Positions 21,257-28,892 of a DNA stretch of 64,000 bases are shown here, in pieces. Within the stretch, counting starts at the first letter, position 1; every line of letters starts with the position of its first letter. Origin of the DNA: Clostridia bacterium (GTDB taxonomy: Bacteria; Bacillota; Clostridia; Christensenellales; Aristaeellaceae). The notes beneath the pieces are model-generated. The model worked only from the letters and a program-made list of their open reading frames with translations, was not told the origin of the DNA and did no database searches. The stretch covers positions 29 to 64,028 of the forward strand of contig JAGBDL010000162.1 of the NCBI GenBank assembly GCA_017937505.1, in the 5' to 3' direction. A program made the translations under genes and the position numbers.

Positions 21257-21276
21257 CGCCGCTAATGTAAACGATT

Positions 21277-21310
21277 GCCCGGAGGGCCACTGAAAGCTCT
21301 CCGGGCTTTT
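21277..21310 (+). terminator. rho-independent terminator supplied by the element just after truncated sigK
   Basis: gcccggag (21277-21284) pairs with ctccgggc (21298-21305), followed by tttt. Confidence 0.6.
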
Positions 21311-21420
21311 CATATGGACTATGAAGCGGTCATTCATCGAACAATTTCATTGATTTTTCTTCATCTGATCCGGAGAAGGATCAATACTCCTCATTTCCAA
21401 TTACCTGAGAGGTGATTTGA

Positions 21421-22242
21421 TTGCAACCAACCATTCTATCTATCGCAAACCAGAAGGGCGGAGTCGGCAAGACAACCACCTGCACCAACCTGGGCTTCGG
21501 ACTTGCGCAGGAGGGCAAGCGTGTGCTGCTGGTGGACGCAGATCCGCAGGCCAGTCTGACCATCAGCCTCGGCTGGCCCCAGCCGGACGCGCTGCCCGTC
21601 ACGCTGTCCACGCTCATGGGCCGCGCGCTCATGGACGAGCCAATCCGCGCGGAGGAAGCGATACTCCACCACGCGGAGGGCGTGGACGTGCTGCCCGCCA
21701 GCATCGAGCTGTCCGGCATGGAGGTGTCCCTCGTGAACGCCATGAGCCGGGAAACCGTGCTGCGGCAGGTGCTGGACGGCGTAAAGCGGCAGTACAGCCA
21801 TATCCTCATCGACTGTATGCCCTCGCTGGGGATGCTTACCGTCAATGCGCTTGCCGCATCGAACAGGGTGCTCATTCCCGTGCAGGCGCAGTACCTGTCT
21901 GCCAAGGGTCTGGAACAGCTCCTGCAGACCGTTTCCAAGGTGCACAGGCAGCTCAACCCGAAGCTCGCCATCGACGGCATCCTGCTGACGATGGTGGACA
22001 GCCGCACCAACTATGCCCGTGAGATCAGCGCCCTGCTGCGCGAGACCTACGGGAGCAAAATCAGGGTGTTCGCCACCGACATCCCGCACTCTGTCCGCGC
22101 GGCGGAGATCAGCGCGGAGGGCAAGAGCATCTTTGCGCACGACCCGAAGGGCAAGGTGGCAGAGGCATACCGTGCGTTGACGAAGGAGGTGATGCGCATT
22201 GAAAAGCAGCGCGAAAAACATCAGGCTGACCTCGGTCGATGA
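21421..22242 (+). CDS. parA: ParA/Soj family partition ATPase
   Basis: ILSIANQKGGVGKTTT deviant Walker A, LLVDADPQAS, ILIDCMPSLG. The start is TTG. Confidence 0.9.
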   Translation: MQPTILSIANQKGGVGKTTTCTNLGFGLAQEGKRVLLVDADPQASLTISLGWPQPDALPVTLSTLMGRALMDEPIRAEEAILHHAEGVDVLPASIELSGMEVSLVNAMSRETVLRQVLDGVKRQYSHILIDCMPSLGMLTVNALAASNRVLIPVQAQYLSAKGLEQLLQTVSKVHRQLNPKLAIDGILLTMVDSRTNYAREISALLRETYGSKIRVFATDIPHSVRAAEISAEGKSIFAHDPKGKVAEAYRALTKEVMRIEKQREKHQADLGR

Positions 22243-23128
22243 CCTGTTCTCCACCGAGGAGAGCCGCGCGGATGAGCAGCGCGAGAAGGTGCAGGAGATT
22301 CCCCTCGCGGAGCTGCATCCCTTTCCCAATCATCCGTTCAAGGTCGTGGACGACGAGCGCATGCTTGACACTGCAGACAGTATCCGCGAGCATGGCGTGC
22401 TCGTCCCGGCGATTGCCCGTCCGCGTGCGGACGGCGGCTATGAGCTGATTGCCGGACACCGGCGCAAGCGCGGCTGCGAGCTGGCAGGGCTTGACACCAT
22501 GCCGGTTATCGTCCGCAATCTTGACGACGATGCCTCGACGATCATTATGGTGGATTCGAATATTCAGCGCGAAAGCCTGCTCCCCAGCGAGCGGGCTTTT
22601 GCATATAAAATGAAGCTGGAAGCCATCAAACGGCAAGGTGCGAGAACAGATCTAACTTCTGGACAAGTTGTCCAGAAGTCACGTCTGTCCGTAGAAATCG
22701 TAGCAGATCAAGCGGGCGAAAACTACAAACAGGTTCAACGCTACATCCGTCTCACCGAACTCGTTCCAGACCTGCTCGACATGGTTGACACGAAGAAAAT
22801 CGCGTTCAACCCCGCTGTTGAGCTGTCCTACCTGAAGCCGGAAGAGCAGACAGCGCTGATGGAGGCGATGGACAGCGAACAGGCCACGCCGTCGCTCTCG
22901 CAGGCGCAGCGCCTCAAACGCTTCAGTCAGGAGGGCACGCTGTCGCCCGACATGATGCGCGCCATTCTCTCCGAGGAGAAGAAGGCCGACATGGACAGGG
23001 TGACGCTTACCGGCGACACCTTGCGCAAGTATTTCCCCAAGTCGTACACGCCCCGTCAGATGGAGCAGACCATCCTCAAGCTGCTGGAAGGCTGGCACCG
23101 CCGCCGCCAGCAGTCGCAGGAACGATAA
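22199..23128 (+). CDS. parB: ParB/Spo0J-like partition protein (ParB N-terminal nuclease-like domain)
   Basis: IPLAELHPFPNHPFKV, GVLVPAIARP, YELIAGHRRKRGCE. Confidence 0.9.
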   Translation: MKSSAKNIRLTSVDDLFSTEESRADEQREKVQEIPLAELHPFPNHPFKVVDDERMLDTADSIREHGVLVPAIARPRADGGYELIAGHRRKRGCELAGLDTMPVIVRNLDDDASTIIMVDSNIQRESLLPSERAFAYKMKLEAIKRQGARTDLTSGQVVQKSRLSVEIVADQAGENYKQVQRYIRLTELVPDLLDMVDTKKIAFNPAVELSYLKPEEQTALMEAMDSEQATPSLSQAQRLKRFSQEGTLSPDMMRAILSEEKKADMDRVTLTGDTLRKYFPKSYTPRQMEQTILKLLEGWHRRRQQSQER

Positions 23129-23183
23129 CCCGCCGCACGCGAAGACCGTGCGGCTGTTTGTTTTTGGAAAGAAGGTTGAGACT

Positions 23184-24107
23184 ATGGCGATTTTTCGCGT
23201 AGCCAAGACGCGGGACTACACCGTAATGAGCAATTACCACCTCCGGGACAAGAACCTCTCCCTCAAGGCCAAGGGGCTGCTGTCCCTCATCCTGTCCTTA
23301 CCGGAGGACTGGAACTACACGACGCGTGGATTGGCTGCCATCTGCAAGGAGGGCGTGGACAGCATCGGCGCTGCTCTGCGCGAGATGGAGAGCGCCGGGT
23401 ATCTCACCCGCCATCGCCTGCGCGACAGGAGCGGGCGCATCTCGGATACGGAGTATGTCGTCTATGAGAGTCCGCGCACAGAAACGGAAGCGGATTCGCC
23501 GGATAAGGTTTCGCAGGGCACGGACGAACCGGATACGGCTTCGCCGTGTACGGAAAATCCGTATATGGTTTTCCCGGATATGGCAACGCCGCAAACGGAT
23601 GCGCCGGATACGGAAAAGCCTGCGCAATTAAGTACTGAGGTATCCAATACGTATGAATCAAATACCCAAAAATCAAATCCTGATCCAATCATAGTCCAAA
23701 AACAAAGGGCTCAGCAAGCCGATACTGGCATGAGCGATATGGATCAGATGGATGCAAGGGAGTACCGGAAAACGTTCGCCGAAGTTAAGGAGCAGATCGA
23801 ATATGACGCACTGGATACGCCGCACGACCATGAACGTCTGGGCGAAATCGTGGAGATCATGACGGAGACGCTGTGCAGCCGCAAGCCGTATATCAAGGTC
23901 GCCGGAGAGAATTACCCCGCCGAGGTGGTCAAGAGCCGGTTCAAAAAGCTGAGCTATCATCACATCGAGTACGTCTTTCTGAGCCTCGATAAGAAGCATA
24001 CCGAGGTGCGCAATATCCGGCAGTACCTGATGACGACGCTCTATCATGCGCCAACGACGATGAGCAATTACTACGACGCGGAGGTGCGAAGCGCAGGGAT
24101 TTTGTAA
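23184..24107 (+). CDS. winged-helix replication-initiator-like protein of conjugative/mobilisable elements
   Basis: MAIFRVAKTRDYTVMSNYHLRDKNLSLKAKGLLSLILSLPEDWNYT is the conserved N-terminus of this element-borne family. The central low-complexity PD-repeat region follows. Confidence 0.7.
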   Translation: MAIFRVAKTRDYTVMSNYHLRDKNLSLKAKGLLSLILSLPEDWNYTTRGLAAICKEGVDSIGAALREMESAGYLTRHRLRDRSGRISDTEYVVYESPRTETEADSPDKVSQGTDEPDTASPCTENPYMVFPDMATPQTDAPDTEKPAQLSTEVSNTYESNTQKSNPDPIIVQKQRAQQADTGMSDMDQMDAREYRKTFAEVKEQIEYDALDTPHDHERLGEIVEIMTETLCSRKPYIKVAGENYPAEVVKSRFKKLSYHHIEYVFLSLDKKHTEVRNIRQYLMTTLYHAPTTMSNYYDAEVRSAGIL

Positions 24108-24122
24108 TGCCATGCGAAGGAT

Positions 24123-24410
24123 GTGCTGATGGGCATTTCACCAACGAGGCAAGGCTGTCGAGCAAGACGGATTATGAACAACCAACAACCGCATATCAGG
24201 AGGCCCAAAGTGTACAAGAATCATGAATGCTATGCTGACCCAACAGCCGGGCAGGCATTAGCCCGCATTGCGCGTGAGGAACAGCTTCATGCCCAAGCGA
24301 AACGGATGAAAGCGATAAAATACAGGCTGGCGTGGACAAATCCAGTATTCCTTTGTCCGGCCGACCATGGGAGGAATTGCATTGGCCATCAGGAAAACCA
24401 GCAGCGTTAA
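24123..24410 (+). CDS. hypothetical small protein
   Basis: ORF only, with backbone-like codon usage. Start uncertain (GTG 24123 or ATG 24174). Confidence 0.35.
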   Translation: MLMGISPTRQGCRARRIMNNQQPHIRRPKVYKNHECYADPTAGQALARIAREEQLHAQAKRMKAIKYRLAWTNPVFLCPADHGRNCIGHQENQQR

Positions 24411-24690
24411 GGGAGAAGAAAACCCGTGGCAGGCGCTGGCCGACGCCATCATCATTCAGGCGGTCAAAGATTATCGAAACCGCGCCCGGATGATCAAGCG
24501 AATCCGCGGGCGCCTCAAGAGAGCAAGGAAAATGACCCCATCCGAATTGACCTTTCAGGCACAGCGCCTGCAGCGATACGAAGAAGAGCAGGTTGCCGCG
24601 CGCAGATTCTTCTGCTCCAGATGGTTTGGTACTTTGTCTGATTTGGACGGATACGATCTGATTGATAGACTGCAAAAGGAGGCGATGTGA
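24367..24690 (+). CDS. hypothetical protein (element-borne)
   Basis: ORF whose stop overlaps the next start (ATGA-type coupling). The motif ALADAIIIQAVKDYRN recurs in element regulatory modules. Confidence 0.5.
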   Translation: MGGIALAIRKTSSVKGEENPWQALADAIIIQAVKDYRNRARMIKRIRGRLKRARKMTPSELTFQAQRLQRYEEEQVAARRFFCSRWFGTLSDLDGYDLIDRLQKEAM

Positions 24691-25124
24691 TGCCGGTTGA
24701 TGCGCTTTTGGGAGAGCTGCGGTTTGCAGAACGCCGCTTGATTGCTGCAGAGGAACGGGTGGCTTTTTGCCGGGCAACAGCAGCAAAAACCTCGGTAGTA
24801 TTGGGTAGTCAATGTGTTTCAAAAGCGCGCGACGTTGCTTCCCATGAGAATGCCGTTATCCGCTTGATGGAAGCCGAGTGGGAGTATACCGAAGCGGAAC
24901 AGCAGTACAGTGACGTGCGCGATCATGTTTGTTCGCTTCTTCAAAGGCTGGATGATCCGATGAATGCCGGTATTCTGAAGCTGCGGCATGTGGAGCACAA
25001 GCGAATGTCAGCCATTGCGAATGAGCTCCATCTCAGTCGTTCCAGCGTTTATCGCCGGTATACGCTTGCATTGGCGGAGCTGAAAAGCGTGCTTCAGATG
25101 CAGGATGGACATGCCGGCAGTTGA
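24687..25124 (+). CDS. sigma-70 region-4-like HTH regulator (element late/transfer-gene regulator type)
   Basis: C-terminal KRMSAIANELHLSRSSVYRRYTLALAELK matches a sigma region 4.2 HTH. Confidence 0.6.
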   Translation: MMPVDALLGELRFAERRLIAAEERVAFCRATAAKTSVVLGSQCVSKARDVASHENAVIRLMEAEWEYTEAEQQYSDVRDHVCSLLQRLDDPMNAGILKLRHVEHKRMSAIANELHLSRSSVYRRYTLALAELKSVLQMQDGHAGS

Positions 25125-25284
25125 GGTATTCCCTGACAACATTGACGGTTTCTTTTTTTCAGAGTACGATGAATGCAGAAAAACGAAATCCGGAAGGAGC
25201 TTGGCGGTGCGGTCAGCATGAGCATCGGCTAGGAACTGTGATAGATTGAAGCGACAATACGCAAAGCGGAAAGGAGCCTTGACC

Positions 25285-25638
25285 ATGATCGAACTGAACT
25301 ACAAGCGCAGCGGGGATTACCTGCTGCCTGACCTGGGTCTGACTGAAACAGAATAGTTGCCGCTGGGCAAGTATGGCCTGCTCAGACAGTACTATCTGGA
25401 GGAGAATCGCCCGGGCCTGTACACGAGGCTGATTCTCAGCGGAAAGCTGATGGAACATCTTCAGGAGATCGAGCAGACGGCACAGAGCCGCCTCGAAAGC
25501 CTGATGAGCCAGCTGTCGAAGCAAGCGGACGTAACGGAGGAGCTGAAAGCCCGGGATCAGATGGCTTGGGTGCAGCGGATGAACGCACTGCAAGCACAGG
25601 CCGAGGAGATGATCCTGTCGGAGCTGATTTACGCCTGA
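25285..25638 (+). pseudogene. tnpV: TnpV-like protein with in-frame TAG at codon 24
   Basis: MIELNYKRSGDYLLPDLGLTETE-TAG(25354-25356)-LPLGKYGLLRQYYLEENRPGLYTRLILSGKLMEHL is continuous homology across the stop. Confidence 0.7.
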
Positions 25639-25660
25639 TGGATGAAAACGGAGGACAACC

Positions 25661-25951
25661 ATGATGAAGACATCGCTGAGAATCGCTTTGGCCCCTGTGA
25701 TGCTGATCATTCGCCTGACGCTTGGGCTGGCGGCTTTTCTGACCTCTATTGCATCGTCGGTTCTAGGATTATCAGTGTCGCTGTTTGCCCTTCTTGCGGT
25801 GATCGAGTTCTTTATCGGCTACTGGCAGAACGGAATTGCGTTTATGGTTCTCGCGTTTCTGGCAAGCCCCATCGGATTGCCGGCAATCGCCAACCTTCTG
25901 CTGAACCTGCTGGATCATCTCATCGGTTTTCTGGAAGGCTTGGTTTGCTGA
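25661..25951 (+). CDS. small integral membrane protein (follows TnpV in related elements)
   Basis: Three hydrophobic helices. RBS acggagga lies upstream. Confidence 0.6.
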   Translation: MMKTSLRIALAPVMLIIRLTLGLAAFLTSIASSVLGLSVSLFALLAVIEFFIGYWQNGIAFMVLAFLASPIGLPAIANLLLNLLDHLIGFLEGLVC

Positions 25952-26018
25952 AAGTGATTTTGCCTGCGGCGGTTTGTGTGCATCACAGATCGCCGCTTTT
26001 CTTTTTGTGGAGGAACGT

Positions 26019-26198
26019 ATGGCGACCACTCGAATTATTCCGATGCACATCAACAAGGGAAAGACCATAGCACAATGCCTGAAGGCGCGGGTGGAATATG
26101 TGAAGAACCCGGACAAAACGGATGGCGGCGAGCTGATTTCATCGTATGCCTGCTCGCCGGAAACAGCAGACCAGGAGTTTCTGATTGCGCAGAATTAG
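26019..26198 (+). pseudogene. relaxase/mobilisation nuclease, N-terminal 59-codon stub
   Basis: MATTRIIPMHINKGKTIAQCLKARVEYVKNPDKTDGGELISSYACSPETADQEFL is the conserved start of MobA/VirD2-type relaxases. The ORF stops exactly where base composition switches to AT-rich. Confidence 0.75.
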
Positions 26199-26679
26199 TA
26201 TTAAGGAAGATGTGGCACAGAAACTGGATTCACTGTTCAAACATGGAAACCTGAGTCTTCGCATTGCATAAAAGGCAGTTTCACATAAAATTCAAATACG
26301 ACACTGGGGACGCATCTTTTTGCTCTACTTTTAATAATATGGAACGAATGCTTGTTTATTGATGTGAACGCTTCGGATACAGTGGCGATAATTATCAGGG
26401 CAAGAGAATCTGGCCTCACAATTTGCTGTCTGCTCAAACAACTCCGTGGTATTTGATAGTAAATGTACTCGATCGCCTTCTACGTGACATAAGCAGGGGA
26501 TGTATATCGAAGAAGCACAGCAGGCATTTCAGAATTACAAGATTATCTACAGTATCTAACATTACATTATAAGATTGATGTTCTCGTTGTTGACGATGAT
26601 CGTCATTTGAATAAAGAGACTGTTCCATTTGAGAAAAGAAGAGCAGCTAATGATATCGCTTAGAATTACAGTAAAGGCA

Positions 26680-26708
26680 TTGACTTTTGATCTCAATCCA
26701 GCTATTAT
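26680..26708 (+). promoter_or_regulatory. candidate sigma-A promoter of the MTase-HIT-TM-ATPgrasp/MazG operon
   Basis: TTGACT (26680-26685), a 17-nt spacer, then TATTAT (26703-26708). RBS gggagg precedes ATG 26757. Confidence 0.5.
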
Positions 26709-26756
26709 TACTGTAAAATAGGATTTGTATATACAAAATGGGAGGCTGATTATTGG

Positions 26757-27650
26757 ATGAGTAATTACTCCCCTCTTCGGTATCCGGGAGGAAAATCGGC
26801 ATTGTATCCTGTTATTTCCAGCGTGATAGAATCCAATAGAATGAAGCACTGCATATATGTCGAACCTTTTGCTGGCGGTGCAGGCATTGCATGGAGTTTG
26901 CTGATTGATGGCGTAGTAGATCGTGTGATTATTAATGATGCAGATAAAGCTGTATATTCATTTTGGCGAGCTATTGTGGAATCTACGCAATGGTTTGTTG
27001 AGAAGATCAGGACAACGCCGATAACGGTCGATGAATGGCGAAAACAAAGGGATATTCTCCGAAAGTCAAAGAAGTACAGCAAAGAATTGGGTTTTGCAAT
27101 GTTCTTTTTAAATAGAACTAACCGATCAGGCATTTTGGATGCTGGTCCCATAGGCGGTTATGATCAGGCAGGAGAGTATAAAATTGATTGCCGCTTTAAC
27201 AGAGATGAATTAATCGGGAAAATTATAAAGATTTCTGAATACCGGAACAACATCAGAATATACAATCAAGATATTTCGACATTCTTGAAACGGTTTTTGC
27301 CTCAAGGAAACGAAAACAATGAGATATTTGTGTACTTTGATCCACCCTATTATGAAAAGGGTCAGCGATTATACATGAATTCTTTTTCGAGTAAAGACCA
27401 TGAGAGATTAAGGGATTCGGTTGCCCTTCTTGATTGCAGGTGGATCATGACATACGACGACAAGTCTGAGATTGAAGAGCTGTACGAGAGTTATCAGAAG
27501 TGTCGCTTTTCAATCAATTATAGTCTGTCGAATAAAAGAAAAGGTGGAGAACTGATGATTTATAAAGACACATCGTGTATTCCATCTTCTGAGGTTATTT
27601 CAAAATTATCTAAATCAGTTACTTTTGGTAATATTTGTTTGGAGGGATAG
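26757..27650 (+). CDS. D12-class (Dam-like, alpha group) N6-adenine DNA methyltransferase
   Basis: PLRYPGGKSAL, EPFAGGAGIA (motif I), NRTNRSGI, FVYFDPPYY (motif IV). Confidence 0.9.
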   Translation: MSNYSPLRYPGGKSALYPVISSVIESNRMKHCIYVEPFAGGAGIAWSLLIDGVVDRVIINDADKAVYSFWRAIVESTQWFVEKIRTTPITVDEWRKQRDILRKSKKYSKELGFAMFFLNRTNRSGILDAGPIGGYDQAGEYKIDCRFNRDELIGKIIKISEYRNNIRIYNQDISTFLKRFLPQGNENNEIFVYFDPPYYEKGQRLYMNSFSSKDHERLRDSVALLDCRWIMTYDDKSEIEELYESYQKCRFSINYSLSNKRKGGELMIYKDTSCIPSSEVISKLSKSVTFGNICLEG

Positions 27651-27653
27651 AAA

Positions 27654-28280
27654 GTGGATAACTGTAGATTTTGTGGCATAGCTAACGGAAGTATGGATAC
27701 GCAAAAACCTGAAAACGTGAAGATTGCAGAGAGCGAAAAGTTTTTTGCCATTTCCTCGGTTGGTGCGTTGGTGGAAGGTTGGACACTCATTGTGCCCAAA
27801 CACCACTGCTGCTCTATGAAGAACTTATATACCGAAGAAGAGTTTTCTACATTTTCGAATCAACTTGTAAGCATATTGACTGCTTGCTATGGCCCCGTCA
27901 TTGCTTTTGAGCATGGTCCCAACCGTGAAGGCTCTGATACTTCTTGCGGAACTGACCACGCACATATTCATATCGTGCCATATCGTTCTTTGATGGCAAA
28001 ACTTGATGATATGGAAATGGAATGGCAGACATGTAGTGCGTCCCAAGTGTGTGAACTTGTTGGTAGAAATGAGTACCTGTTTTATTGTGAACCGGGTACA
28101 AAATGGGACAATCCGACCGGTCGGGTACATGTTTTGAAAGAGCCCATATCTCAGTTTTTTAGGAAGGTTATTGCTGAAGATTTGGGCGCGCCTGACAAAT
28201 TCAACTATAAAACTAACCCCGATACAACGCTTACGCTGAAAACCATTGAAAGGGTAAGATACTATTGTGCTAAGCATTGA
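27654..28280 (+). CDS. HIT-family nucleotide hydrolase/transferase
   Basis: N-terminal CRFCGI, and the histidine triad GTDHAHIHIVPY. GTG start lies 3 nt after the MTase stop. Confidence 0.85.
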   Translation: MDNCRFCGIANGSMDTQKPENVKIAESEKFFAISSVGALVEGWTLIVPKHHCCSMKNLYTEEEFSTFSNQLVSILTACYGPVIAFEHGPNREGSDTSCGTDHAHIHIVPYRSLMAKLDDMEMEWQTCSASQVCELVGRNEYLFYCEPGTKWDNPTGRVHVLKEPISQFFRKVIAEDLGAPDKFNYKTNPDTTLTLKTIERVRYYCAKH

Positions 28281-28291
28281 GAGGTTTAGAA

Positions 28292-28885
28292 ATGACAGAG
28301 AACAAAACCAATACAAAAGAAGAAGCAGCGGAAGTGACTAAAAGCGCCTCTGTACCGGATGCTATTGAAACAAAGGTAAATACTGATGGCCGAAAGCCCT
28401 ATGAGTGGCAATCAAAATACCCTAAAGAGGCACGAAACGAAATGCTGTGGGAAGCTATATATATTGGTGCAGTTTTGGTCGTGTCCTTTTTGGGATTATT
28501 TCTTAATTGGAGCGGAGTATTCAGTTGCTTTCTGAAAGTAGATCCAACAAGAGTGATTGCCTTCGAAGGAATTTTGCTATATTTCCTTTCTGGCTTGATG
28601 GGAGGCACTATCTTTGGGATAAAATACTTTTATAGAGTCGTAGCACGAGGGTATTGGACACAGGATAGGAAATACTGGAGAGTTTTTTCTCCATGGATTT
28701 CTGCATGTGTGGCTTTGGTTGTTGGGTGCATGATTGTTTCTGGTTACATTAACGCGACTCAGACTCCATCTACTGCGACTGGGGTTTGCGTAGGCTTCAT
28801 TTCTGGTTATTTTGCAGATGAAGCAGTTGGCAAAATGTCTGAAGTAGCAACAGCTCTGTTTGGCTCCAGTAGTAAAGTAAAATGA
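28292..28885 (+). CDS. 4-TM membrane protein, unknown function
   Basis: Hydrophobic helices AIYIGAVLVVSFLGLFLNW, GILLYFLSGLMGGTIFGI, ISACVALVVGCMIVSGY, GVCVGFISGYF. ATG follows gagagg. Confidence 0.7.
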   Translation: MTENKTNTKEEAAEVTKSASVPDAIETKVNTDGRKPYEWQSKYPKEARNEMLWEAIYIGAVLVVSFLGLFLNWSGVFSCFLKVDPTRVIAFEGILLYFLSGLMGGTIFGIKYFYRVVARGYWTQDRKYWRVFSPWISACVALVVGCMIVSGYINATQTPSTATGVCVGFISGYFADEAVGKMSEVATALFGSSSKVK

Positions 28886-28892
28886 GGTGCTT

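Noticed and set aside
25354-25356. The in-frame TAG in tnpV, considered as a recoded (pyrrolysine) codon
   Set aside because: No pyl genes or PYLIS-like context are seen in the window. Decay of other mobility genes in the same element makes a simple nonsense mutation the more economical explanation.
26237-26628. Two adjacent small minus-strand ORFs (66 and 64 aa) upstream of the Dam-like MTase, considered as a decayed restriction endonuclease
   Set aside because: They have no recognisable nuclease motif (PD-(D/E)xK, HNH, GIY-YIG) and no RBS, and a stop lies between them. The idea cannot be supported, and the region may simply be promoter/spacer DNA.
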